A stretch of DNA of 64,000 bases from an uncultured Clostridia bacterium (GCA_947625115.1 CANQND010000003.1:4738-68737), one strand, 5' to 3'. Positions 19,527 to 27,264 are shown, counted from the stretch's first letter. Notes: generated from the letters alone by a model not told the origin. Translations and numbers: made by a program.

Positions 19527-19554
19527 AAACAGTTGAATTATTGTTCAACTGTTT
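19527..19554. promoter_or_regulatory. candidate CadC operator (11-6-11 perfect inverted repeat)
   Basis: AAACAGTTGAA ttattg TTCAACTGTTT lies between the -10 box and the cadC start codon. Confidence 0.6.
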
Positions 19555-19556
19555 TT

Positions 19557-19585
19557 AGTATATGCTGTCTATGCAAATAAGTCAA
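19557..19585 (-). promoter_or_regulatory. sigmaA-type promoter of cadC-HMA-cadA
   Basis: On the minus strand: TTGACT, 17-nt spacer, TATACT. Confidence 0.6.
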
Positions 19586-19806
19586 GCGTTTTTGCAATTT
19601 TTTCAAAGTAAATTTCATCTGTGAGTTATTTGCGACAAAATTGCGCGTTGTTGCCGTGCGAAAAAGTATTTTGGAAACCGCGCATATAGCGACAAACGGA
19701 AATACCGTCGGTAAAATTTTGCGGCGACAGCGGTGTAACGCAATCGTAAAAAAATAAATAATATGAAAACAGAGGCGACTCGCCTCAAAAGTACAAGGAG
19801 AGTATT

Positions 19807-20841
19807 ATGAGTTGTTGGAACACAAATTGCTGCTGTCACAACGAAAGCGGCACTAACACAATTATCATAGACCGCGGTTTGCGCGGTCCGCGCGGTTTCA
19901 CGGGTCCGCAGGGAATAATGGGTCCTCCGGGCATAGGCATAACGGGCGCGACAGGCGCGACGGGACCTCAGGGTCCGCAAGGCATACAAGGCATACAAGG
20001 CGTTCCCGGGGTTACGGGCGCAACAGGTCCGCAGGGCTTACAAGGTATTCAAGGTCCTGTCGGTCCGACAGGAGCAACAGGCGCAACAGGTCCAATCGGT
20101 CCCACAGGTCCCGTAGGCGCAACAGGCGCGACGGGTGCCACAGGTCCGCAAGGCATACAGGGCGTAACGGGCGAAGTCGGTCCCGCAGGTCCCGTAGGCG
20201 CAACAGGCGCAACAGGTGCCACAGGTCCGCAGGGCATACAAGGCATTCCCGGTGTTACGGGCGCGACGGGTCCGCAGGGCTTGCAGGGCATACAAGGTAT
20301 TCAAGGTCCTGTCGGTCCGACAGGAGCCACAGGAGCAACGGGTGCCACAGGTCCGCAAGGCATACAGGGCGTAACGGGCGAAGTCGGTCCCGCAGGTCCC
20401 GCGACAGACGGACTGTCTGCCTACGGCGGGTTATATTCGACAGATCCGACGGGCGTGACCGTCCCCGCAGGTACGTTCGCTCCGTTGACGATGGCTTCGA
20501 CGATGCCCACGCTTAACGAAACCTACGGTACAAACGATATTACCGTTACCAATGACGGCGATTACGAAATCAACTACGGCGTAAGCGGAACGGTGGGCGC
20601 GGATACCACGTTGACTCTCGGCGTCTACGTCGGAGGAGTTGCGCAACCGTCCGCTACGGTAAGCAAAGATTTTGTCACAACGGTAGAAAACAGCCTTTCG
20701 GGTAGCACGATATTAAATCTTCCCGCAGGAAGTGTGGTTACGTTGCAAATATCGGGCAGTACGGGAACGACGCTTACCCCGTCCGATAACGTCAACACCT
20801 ATCTCACCGTGAAAAAACTCAACTCGGGTACGGTGGCGTAA
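19807..20841 (+). CDS. collagen-like (GXY-repeat) exosporium/BclA-like protein with C1q/TNF-like C-terminal domain
   Basis: AAGGAGAG SD. A Cys-rich N-terminus ([12 protein letters not shown]) is followed by about 175 aa of GxT/GxQ triplets and a beta-rich C-terminal domain ([10 protein letters not shown]...VVTLQISG). Confidence 0.85.
   Translation: MSCWNTNCCCHNESGTNTIIIDRGLRGPRGFTGPQGIMGPPGIGITGATGATGPQGPQGIQGIQGVPGVTGATGPQGLQGIQGPVGPTGATGATGPIGPTGPVGATGATGATGPQGIQGVTGEVGPAGPVGATGATGATGPQGIQGIPGVTGATGPQGLQGIQGIQGPVGPTGATGATGATGPQGIQGVTGEVGPAGPATDGLSAYGGLYSTDPTGVTVPAGTFAPLTMASTMPTLNETYGTNDITVTNDGDYEINYGVSGTVGADTTLTLGVYVGGVAQPSATVSKDFVTTVENSLSGSTILNLPAGSVVTLQISGSTGTTLTPSDNVNTYLTVKKLNSGTVA
19876..20400 (+). 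repeat. in-frame collagen triplet repeat region with internal long duplications
   Basis: An exact 63-nt copy occurs at 20131-20193 and 20338-20400. A second unit (cccggKgttacgggcgc...) recurs at about 20005 and 20248. Confidence 0.85.
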
Positions 20842-20848
20842 AAATGTA

Positions 20849-20876
20849 AAGGACTGCGCTTGCAGTCCTTTGTTTT
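20849..20876. terminator. bidirectional terminator between the collagen-like gene and mgtE
   Basis: AAGGACTGC gctt GCAGTCCTT followed by TGTTTT, between convergent genes. Confidence 0.7.
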
Positions 20877-20891
20877 AGTGTAAAAATGGGG

Positions 20892-22265
20892 TCACAGAAT
20901 TGCCATTGATATGAAACAGAAAATAATCAGTGAAAGCGCGTCTACAATGGTTGTTATAAATGGACTTGCAACGACGGCTGGATCCAATTTGCACACTTTT
21001 GCAAGCATAGGCATCATACAGCCGACTATTTTCGCAATCACGACCGTTGCAAACAAAGCCAGCGAAACGGCAAGGCAGATTAACCAAGTGTAAGGTTGAC
21101 CGAACGCCAAACCGTCCAACAGATAAAGTTTTGCAAAGCAAACTACCGAAAGGCAGGCGGCAAGCAAAACGGACACCCGCAATTCTTTCCAAAGTACGCG
21201 CAGGGCGTCGCGAGGTCGTATCTCTTCCAACGCCAAACCGCGGATAACGGTGACAGAAGCCTGACTTCCCGCGTTTCCGCCCGTGTCCATAAGCATAGGG
21301 ATACAGGCGAACAATAGCGGACTAAGCTCATGCAAACGTCCCTCAAAAGTGTTTATTATCAGCCCCGTAAACGTTGCGGATATCATCAATATCAACAGCC
21401 AAGGAATACGGTTTTTCCAAATTTGCCAAACGCTTTGTTCCATATATGTGTCGGTGGAGGGAGTTACCGCCGCCATTATGGACATATCTTCGGTTGTTTC
21501 CTGTTCCATAACGTCGATTACGTCGTCTACGGTAACTATGCCTACCATACGGTTTTCGCTGTCCACAATGGGCATCGCCGACAGGTCGTATTTGGCAATT
21601 TGCTGGGCGACAAATTCTTTGTCGTCGTTTGCCTCTGCGGAAATGACTTCCCTCTCCATAAATTCGCTTATCGGCGTTTCGTAGTCGTGGAGGAGCAGAT
21701 CTTTCACGGTGACGGTGCCTATCAATTTGCGCTTGTCGTCCGTAACGTAGCAGTTGTAAATGGTTTCCTTGTCCAAGGCAATCTTGCGAATACGGTCAAA
21801 ACACTCTTTTACCGTCCAATGTTCGCGCAGACTGACGTATTCCACCGTCATTATCGTACCCGCGCTGTCCTTGGGATATTTGAGAATTTCGTTTATTTGC
21901 TTGCGCGTTTCGGGGTCAGCCTGTTTGATAATTCTCTTTACGACGTTGGCGGGCATTTCCTCGATAATGTCAACGGTATCGTCCAAAAACAACTCGTCCA
22001 AAACATCTTTCAATTCGGCGTCGGTAAAGCTGTTGAGCAGCAATTCTTGCCCGTCGTAGGACATCTCCACAAAGGTTTCGGCTGCGTTTTCCTTGCTTAA
22101 CAAGCGGAAAATGGGCAAAATATCCTTTTCGTTCATTTCGTCGAGCAACAGCGCGCTGTCCTGCGGTTGCAGATCGTTGATCAGGCGTTTTATTTCGCGA
22201 AAATTTTTAGCCGACAGCAGTTCGAGGACTTTTTGAGAAAGTTCGTGCAATTGTTCGTATTCCAT
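20892..22265 (-). CDS. mgtE: magnesium transporter MgtE
   Basis: MgtE N-domain, CBS pair and TM domain with DTGGNAGSQ. The start is moved to ATG 22265, which has AAAGGAGG 5 nt upstream. The 67 extra codons in the ORF track cover the M-box leader. Confidence 0.92.
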   Translation of the reverse strand: MEYEQLHELSQKVLELLSAKNFREIKRLINDLQPQDSALLLDEMNEKDILPIFRLLSKENAAETFVEMSYDGQELLLNSFTDAELKDVLDELFLDDTVDIIEEMPANVVKRIIKQADPETRKQINEILKYPKDSAGTIMTVEYVSLREHWTVKECFDRIRKIALDKETIYNCYVTDDKRKLIGTVTVKDLLLHDYETPISEFMEREVISAEANDDKEFVAQQIAKYDLSAMPIVDSENRMVGIVTVDDVIDVMEQETTEDMSIMAAVTPSTDTYMEQSVWQIWKNRIPWLLILMISATFTGLIINTFEGRLHELSPLLFACIPMLMDTGGNAGSQASVTVIRGLALEEIRPRDALRVLWKELRVSVLLAACLSVVCFAKLYLLDGLAFGQPYTWLICLAVSLALFATVVIAKIVGCMMPMLAKVCKLDPAVVASPFITTIVDALSLIIFCFISMAIL

Positions 22266-22286
22266 CTGTTCCTCCTTTGGCAGATG

Positions 22287-22492
22287 AAAAAAGCCTGTAC
22301 TTGTAACAGCACAGACACAGTGATTCTCTTCGTGCGGAGAAAACGCCCAACCATTACAAGTTTTAGCATCATGGGGCGGTGTAATTGCGTTAGGGTATGC
22401 CTTGTTTTCGACAAACCCTGCTGCCCTGACGGCGCGTGTCTCCACGCTATGTCGGTAGCAATCCATATCCCCATGGTAGCCTCACCTACCGG
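22287..22492 (-). promoter_or_regulatory. M-box (ykoK) Mg2+ riboswitch with terminator
   Basis: The minus strand reads GGTAGGTGAGGCTACC...GGAGACACGCGCC...GGGCAGCAGGG...AAGGCATACC...GATGCTAAAACTTGTAATGG, matching conserved M-box blocks. A CTGTGCT/AGTACAG stem plus U6 lies at 22287-22314, directly upstream of mgtE. Confidence 0.8.
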
Positions 22493-22510
22493 ATTTTATA
22501 TTGTATCTTT

Positions 22511-22539
22511 ATTGTAGTTATGTTTTGTTTATATGTCAA
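22511..22539 (-). promoter_or_regulatory. sigmaA promoter of the M-box/mgtE unit
   Basis: On the minus strand: TTGACA, 17-nt spacer, TACAAT, about 20 nt before the GGTAGGTGAGG block. Confidence 0.65.
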
Positions 22540-22613
22540 TGGTTTTAATACAATTTTATTTGATATTTTATTTATAATACGCGCGGCGTTACCGTTTCGC
22601 CACTTCGTTTGAG

Positions 22614-22642
22614 TTGACAAACGTCGGCGGTTATTGTACAAT
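22614..22642 (+). promoter_or_regulatory. sigmaA promoter of the 127-aa membrane-protein gene
   Basis: TTGACA, 17-nt spacer, TACAAT, 23 nt before ATG 22666. Confidence 0.6.
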
Positions 22643-22665
22643 CTAAGTACATATCGGAAAAAATT

Positions 22666-23049
22666 ATGAAAGAATACTATCTTGACAGACTCCATTGGAT
22701 ATTCCGTTACACAAGCAAAAAATTTTGGTATTGTCTTGCCAAAACTTTGTGCCTCATTGTTGGCGTTCCATTGTACGCCGTCGGATTTTTTTTGGAGATG
22801 GTTTTCACTTTCATAAATATGATTTTCAGTTGGATCCCCGTGTTAAACGTGGTGGTGACTTTTATTTGCAAAGTTTTTACGTTGTTGTTCGGATCGCTGT
22901 TTTATCTGTGTATTTTAACGGACGTAAAACGCTACGCGGCGGAACACCCGCGAATGAGCGAAGAAGAGGAGTCGGACGAACCCCCGACGGACGTCGCGGG
23001 GGCAGACGAAACCGAACCTGCCGCCGATGACGACAAAAAGAACGATTGA
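22666..23049 (+). CDS. small membrane protein with acidic C-tail (unknown function)
   Basis: Two or three hydrophobic segments precede an acidic tail EEEESDEPPTDVAGADETEPAADDD. The unit has its own promoter and terminator. Confidence 0.55.
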   Translation: MKEYYLDRLHWIFRYTSKKFWYCLAKTLCLIVGVPLYAVGFFLEMVFTFINMIFSWIPVLNVVVTFICKVFTLLFGSLFYLCILTDVKRYAAEHPRMSEEEESDEPPTDVAGADETEPAADDDKKND

Positions 23050-23055
23050 TTTTTT

Positions 23056-23085
23056 ATTGCGAGCCTATTGACTCGCAATTTTTTG
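23056..23085 (+). terminator. intrinsic terminator
   Basis: ATTGCGAG / CTCGCAAT stem with an 8-nt loop, followed by TTTTTTG. Confidence 0.7.
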
Positions 23086-23097
23086 TGTTTTGTTGTT

Positions 23098-23126
23098 TAC
23101 GACATATAAAAGTAAATTTTTCGACA
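23098..23126. promoter_or_regulatory. two 0A-box-like elements upstream of spo0A
   Basis: TTCGACA at 23120-23126 is the exact complement of the 0A box TGTCGAA. TACGACA at 23098-23104 has one mismatch. Confidence 0.4.
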
Positions 23127-23216
23127 ATTTCACTCAAAAACACATTTTTTCTTACCAAAAATAAGGTGCTAAGCCGTGTTACAATATAATCACCAAGAAA
23201 AAGGAGAGTTACAATT

Positions 23217-23945
23217 GTGATTACTGTTGGATTGATAGGTCAAAGCGGATTGAAAGATAAATTGCAGGAAAACGAAGAGTTCAAGGTGGTTTTCGACGTG
23301 GAGGGCAAAGACGCGCGAAAATACTTGGACGAACAACTCCCCGATGTTGTCATAACCGAACTGATAATGAGCGGCGAGGACGGATACGCCCTTATGGAAA
23401 AATATCAGGAAGCAAAGTTCATCGTTGCTTCGGAATTGAAAAGCGAAGTTTTCGTCATCAAAGCATTGGAACTCGGAGCCAAATACTATCTTGTCAAACC
23501 GCTGGAATACAGCGTGTTGGAACAGCGCATTGTAAACGTTTACGAGGGCGAACGTTTGGGCGGCAAAGTGGTGCGCAAAAAGAGCGTTTCGGAAAAGACT
23601 TTGGACGAGCGTATCAGCAGTATTTTTGTAAGCGTCGGGATACCCGCGCACATAAAGGGCTATCAATTTTTGCGCGAGGGAATCAAACTCGCCGTAGACA
23701 ATCCACCTATCATCAACGCCATAACAAAGAGTCTTTATCCGTCAATCGCAAAGCGTTTCAACACCACTCCGAGCAAAGTGGAGCGCGCAATTCGACACGC
23801 GATAGAGGTCGCTTGGAACAGGGGTAAAATAGAAAACATCAACAATATTTTCGGCGTTAAGGTTTACAATTCTTCCGAAAAACCCACCAACGGAGAGTTC
23901 ATAGCGTTGCTTGCGGACAAAATGCTTTTGGAATGCGCTTACTGA
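23217..23945 (+). CDS. spo0A: sporulation master regulator Spo0A with atypical receiver domain
   Basis: C-terminal Spo0A signature GIPAHIKGYQFLREGI...LYPSIAKRFNTTPSKVERAIRHAIEVAWNRG...KPTNGEFIALLADK. GTG start follows AAAGGAGAG, with an in-frame TAA at 23187-23189. Confidence 0.9.
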   Translation: MITVGLIGQSGLKDKLQENEEFKVVFDVEGKDARKYLDEQLPDVVITELIMSGEDGYALMEKYQEAKFIVASELKSEVFVIKALELGAKYYLVKPLEYSVLEQRIVNVYEGERLGGKVVRKKSVSEKTLDERISSIFVSVGIPAHIKGYQFLREGIKLAVDNPPIINAITKSLYPSIAKRFNTTPSKVERAIRHAIEVAWNRGKIENINNIFGVKVYNSSEKPTNGEFIALLADKMLLECAY

Positions 23946-23984
23946 CAAAAATGAAAAATTTTGAAAATGGTTAGCGAAAAGGGG

Positions 23985-24013
23985 TTGCCTTTCTCTGTTT
24001 GATATGTTATACT
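23985..24013 (+). promoter_or_regulatory. sigmaA-type promoter of the TetR gene
   Basis: TTGCCT, 17-nt spacer, TATACT. Confidence 0.45.
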
Positions 24014-24020
24014 ACATTTA

Positions 24021-24049
24021 CGAGAACGGTTTGCAAAAAATCGTTCTCG
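24021..24049. promoter_or_regulatory. inverted repeat, candidate TetR operator or 5'UTR hairpin
   Basis: CGAGAACG, 13-nt spacer, CGTTCTCG, located just downstream of the -10 box. Confidence 0.4.
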
Positions 24050-24076
24050 GCAAAATGTAACGGGGAAAAGAGCATC

Positions 24077-24664
24077 ATGCAGTACTTGAAGAAAGAAATC
24101 AGGGAGAGAATTTTGGCGGCTGCCGTGGAGGAATTCAAAGAGCAGGGATATGCCGACGCGTCGATAAGAAACATCGCCAATAACGCCGAAATTTCGCTCG
24201 GTAACGTTTACAGGTACTTCACAAACAAAGAGGATCTCTATTTCGCGGTAATAAATCCCTTTATGGAGAACGTAAAGAATTTTATCTCCGACGGGTTTGC
24301 TTTTGAAGAAAAAAGTATGAAAGAGATCTCCGAAATGCTGATTGCTTTCATAATGCAGTACAACGACGAACTGCTCATTATACAAAAAGGGAACACGGTC
24401 CACTACGATAGTTTTGTTAATTACATAGTAGAAGTAATTTCAAGCAAAATAAAAGAAATGGTGCAAAGCGTTTTCCCCGAAATCGACAGCAAAATAGAAA
24501 ATCCCGATTTCTACAACGCCATTGCGGAGGGATTTTTGACCAGCTTTTTCAAAATTTTGCGCAACGGCGACCCCAAAGACGTGTTGGAACGTAAAGCGCG
24601 AGAGATAATCACGTTCTACTTCGGTCATATGAAAGACCGTTTCCGCCATTTCGATCTGGACTGA
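24077..24664 (+). CDS. TetR/AcrR-family transcriptional regulator
   Basis: N-terminal HTH ILAAAVEEFKEQGYADASIRNIANNAEISLGNVYRYFTNKEDLY. The start is set at the ATG of MQYLKKE. Confidence 0.88.
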   Translation: MQYLKKEIRERILAAAVEEFKEQGYADASIRNIANNAEISLGNVYRYFTNKEDLYFAVINPFMENVKNFISDGFAFEEKSMKEISEMLIAFIMQYNDELLIIQKGNTVHYDSFVNYIVEVISSKIKEMVQSVFPEIDSKIENPDFYNAIAEGFLTSFFKILRNGDPKDVLERKAREIITFYFGHMKDRFRHFDLD

Positions 24665-24772
24665 AACAATAAATATCTGTGCGGCGTATGCAATTGTGCG
24701 TGCGCCGCTTGTTGTTATCACTTTTTTACCGACGCGGTCATAGAATATATTGACTATCATAGGAGGTAATCA

Positions 24773-25420
24773 ATGCCGGTAAATAATTTCGATGGCAACA
24801 ATTGCAGTGAAAAAATATGTATTCAAGGCAAAAAGGTATTTGACGCTTGCGTCAAACAAACTACTTTACAACAAATAACGGTAAGCGTATCCGACGTCAA
24901 TCCGACTTCCCCCGCGGTTCCTTTGCGTTTTGTAAGCGCGAAAAGTACCACCACCAAGGGCATAATAGAAAACCTTGTTGTGGAAAGACTTACCGAACGT
25001 CCCAAATACGGCAGAGTGCAAGCGGACGTGGTGGTTCCCGTTGAGGTGACCTACATAGACAACAACAACGAAGAGGGCAGCGGTATGGGTACCGTAACCG
25101 TCCCCGTGGACGTAGTTATGTTCCTGCCCGAGCCTTCCATTATCCCGTATACCATCGAGGCGAGCGTTTCTGCGGTAAGCCCTGAGGGACAGTACAGTCA
25201 AACGCAGGTAATAGACGGAGTTACGTACTATATATTCGTTATCAATTGTTGCGTGACCGCTATTCTCAAAGTTACTATGGACGTGGAGTTGATTTTGCCC
25301 AGCTACGGTTACGCCGTCATTCCGCCTTGTCAGGAATACACCGAAGAGGTTTGTTCGGGTTACTTTGAACTGCCTTTGTTTCCGGGCGGAAGAACGTCGG
25401 GTAACGGCGGCAATAACTGA
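24773..25420 (+). CDS. hypothetical beta-rich, Cys-containing protein (no signal peptide, no TM)
   Basis: AGGAGG SD 7 nt before the ATG. Codon usage looks native, because the aligned antisense frame is open at 24866-25444. An intrinsic terminator follows. No family was recognised. Confidence 0.65.
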   Translation: MPVNNFDGNNCSEKICIQGKKVFDACVKQTTLQQITVSVSDVNPTSPAVPLRFVSAKSTTTKGIIENLVVERLTERPKYGRVQADVVVPVEVTYIDNNNEEGSGMGTVTVPVDVVMFLPEPSIIPYTIEASVSAVSPEGQYSQTQVIDGVTYYIFVINCCVTAILKVTMDVELILPSYGYAVIPPCQEYTEEVCSGYFELPLFPGGRTSGNGGNN

Positions 25421-25454
25421 AAACATATACGTCGATTTTGTCAACGGTTACAAA

Positions 25455-25486
25455 AAAGGGATTGACCCAAGTCGATCCCTTTTGTA
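25455..25486 (+). terminator. intrinsic terminator
   Basis: AAGGGATTGAC ccaa GTCGATCCCTT (one G-U pair) followed by TTTGTATTT. Confidence 0.65.
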
Positions 25487-25555
25487 TTTGCGAGGTTGGC
25501 AATTGTAACACTTAGCCGTGCCGCGTCATAGTTTGAACTGTATGGAGCAGTCGGT

Positions 25556-25783
25556 ATGAAATACAAAAGGTGTCCGCGTTGCGGGCTTAACTATATTTTG
25601 GAAAATCAACAAATGTGCAAAGTTTGCTTAGACGAAACGGAGGGGCGCAAAAGCATATTCGATGAAGAAGATTACGGGGATATGATCTGTCCGTTCTGTG
25701 AAAAAAATCCCATAGACATCGACGACGTTATGTGTGCCGAATGTCGCGCAAAAAGAGCGGCAACGTGTAGACAAATGCCGTAA
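25556..25783 (+). CDS. small double zinc-ribbon protein (unknown function)
   Basis: The 75-aa product carries four CxxC pairs: CPRC...CKVC and CPFC...CAEC. Confidence 0.55.
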   Translation: MKYKRCPRCGLNYILENQQMCKVCLDETEGRKSIFDEEDYGDMICPFCEKNPIDIDDVMCAECRAKRAATCRQMP

Positions 25784-25802
25784 CTTGTGTTACAATAACA
25801 TT

Positions 25803-26498
25803 ATGAAAGTTTTTGCGATAAGCGATTTGCACCTTTCCACCGTGGCGGAAAAGCCGATGGATATTTTCGGCAAGACGTGGGAAAATTATTTTGAAGAAAT
25901 TTCGGCGGATTGGCGCGAAAAAGTGTCGCAAGACGATCTTGTGTTGTTGCCCGGTGATTTTTCTTGGGCAATGCGTATGGAAGAAGCTATCCCCGATTTC
26001 CAACTCGTCGCCAAACTTCCCGGGAAGAAAGTTATTTTGCGCGGAAATCACGATTATTGGTGGAATACTTTGTCGCAAGTACGCGCAATGCTCCCGCAAG
26101 ACTTTTACGCTTTGCAAAACGATTGCCTGCGATTTGACGACGTGCTTATATGCGGCACTCGCGGTTGGGTGTGCCCCGACGGCGACAATCTTCCGGAAGA
26201 GGACAAAAGAATTTATCTGCGCGAACTTGAACGAATGAAACTTTCTCTTGCCGCTATGGCGAAAATGCGTCAACCGTCCGACAGGGTGATAGCGATAATG
26301 CACTATCCTCCTTTTAACGGCAGATACGACGACAGCGATTTTATCAAACAGTTGTTAGTTGCCGAAGTACCTACGGTGGTGTACGGACACCTGCACGGCA
26401 AAGATTGCCGAGTCAATCTTTATATGAAAAAATTCGGCATCGATTTCTACCTGACGAGTTGCGATTTGGTGGGAAACAAGCTGACGCAAATACTTTGA
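25803..26498 (+). CDS. calcineurin-like metallophosphoesterase
   Basis: Motifs AISDLHL, LPGDFSW, LRGNHDYWW, MHYPP and YGHLHG. The start is set at the ATG of MKVFAISD. Confidence 0.85.
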   Translation: MKVFAISDLHLSTVAEKPMDIFGKTWENYFEEISADWREKVSQDDLVLLPGDFSWAMRMEEAIPDFQLVAKLPGKKVILRGNHDYWWNTLSQVRAMLPQDFYALQNDCLRFDDVLICGTRGWVCPDGDNLPEEDKRIYLRELERMKLSLAAMAKMRQPSDRVIAIMHYPPFNGRYDDSDFIKQLLVAEVPTVVYGHLHGKDCRVNLYMKKFGIDFYLTSCDLVGNKLTQIL

Positions 26499-26738
26499 CC
26501 CGATTGCCGTGCGGTAAATTTTCCTGCAAAAAATTATCTCGAACGTTTACGGCAAAGCAATTTCGGGAACGTACTCCGACAAAATTCAGGGTGAAACCCC
26601 GTTTTGCAAAAATTCCAAACGGGTCGGAAAAAAAATATTTTGGGCAAAAAATTGCTTTAATAATAAAATTTAGTTTTATTTTTTCTCGTTTGAGCCTCTC
26701 AAAACATATATTTTGACGGTCTCAAAAATTTTTTTCAA

Positions 26739-26778
26739 GAAAATGGACGAAAATGGTTGAAATTGGTTAAAAAGTGCG
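26739..26778 (+). promoter_or_regulatory. four phased 10-bp direct repeats, candidate MraZ boxes
   Basis: GAAAATGGAC GAAAATGGTT GAAATTGGTT AAAAAGTGCG in exact 10-bp register, overlapping the -35 box of the mraZ promoter. Confidence 0.6.
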
Positions 26779-26785
26779 TTATAAT
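26757..26785 (+). promoter_or_regulatory. sigmaA promoter of the dcw operon (Pmra)
   Basis: TTGAAA, 17-nt spacer, TATAAT, 29 nt before the mraZ GTG. Confidence 0.65.
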
Positions 26786-26814
26786 GGTTACACAAATACA
26801 AGGAGTGTAATCTC

Positions 26815-27264
26815 GTGCTGTTACTTGGCAATTACCAACACACGTTGGACGACAAAAACAGAATACGTTTACCCGCCAAGTTCCGCGAAAAACTCGGATC
26901 GGAGTACATTTTGATTCCGGGTACAAGCGGGTGCATTTCCTTGTATCCTGCCAGCGCGGAGGAAAAATTTATTCGCGCGGTAAACAAGTTGGGAGAATTC
27001 AGCGCGGACAACGCCGAAACGCTCAGAAGTTTGACGGAGCGCGCGGCGGTAGTGGAAGCGGATTCGCAGGGAAGATTTATGATAACTTCCGACTTGTTGC
27101 GCATTGCACACATAGACAAAGACGTTCGTATTTTGGGCGTGGTTGATAGAGTGGAAATTTGGAGCGAGGAACGTTACCTCAAACGTATCAGCGAAAAGGA
27201 CGAAACTCCCGAAGCCTACGACGAACTTAACATGAAGTTGCAAAGGGCATTACACGAAGAATGA
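26815..27264 (+). CDS. mraZ: transcriptional regulator MraZ
   Basis: Two DxxxR-type halves: LDDKNRIRLPAKFR and DSQGRFMITSDLL. GTG start follows AAGGAG. Confidence 0.92.
   Translation: MLLLGNYQHTLDDKNRIRLPAKFREKLGSEYILIPGTSGCISLYPASAEEKFIRAVNKLGEFSADNAETLRSLTERAAVVEADSQGRFMITSDLLRIAHIDKDVRILGVVDRVEIWSEERYLKRISEKDETPEAYDELNMKLQRALHEE

Noticed and set aside
19521-19527. Exact 0A-box complement (TTCGACA) between cadC and its operator
   Set aside because: It is a single 7-mer, expected by chance several times in 64 kb, with no second box and no functional rationale.
20012-20358. Several minus-strand ORFs (66-106 aa) inside the collagen repeat, and the possibility that the periodic repeats are a CRISPR array
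   Set aside because: The periodicity is 9 nt (GXY codons) in frame within one long ORF that has a proper SD and C-terminal domain. There is no repeat-spacer architecture and no cas genes. The antisense ORFs are low-complexity shadows.
22266-22466. 67-codon N-terminal extension of the mgtE ORF (MDCYRHSVETRAVRAAG...)
   Set aside because: It covers the M-box aptamer and its terminator. A strong SD plus ATG at 22265 gives a normal MgtE N-terminus.
25734-25802. Upstream extension of the metallophosphoesterase ORF overlapping the zinc-ribbon gene
   Set aside because: The conserved N-terminus MKVFAISDLH begins at 25803, and the extension is out of frame with and overlaps the preceding gene.
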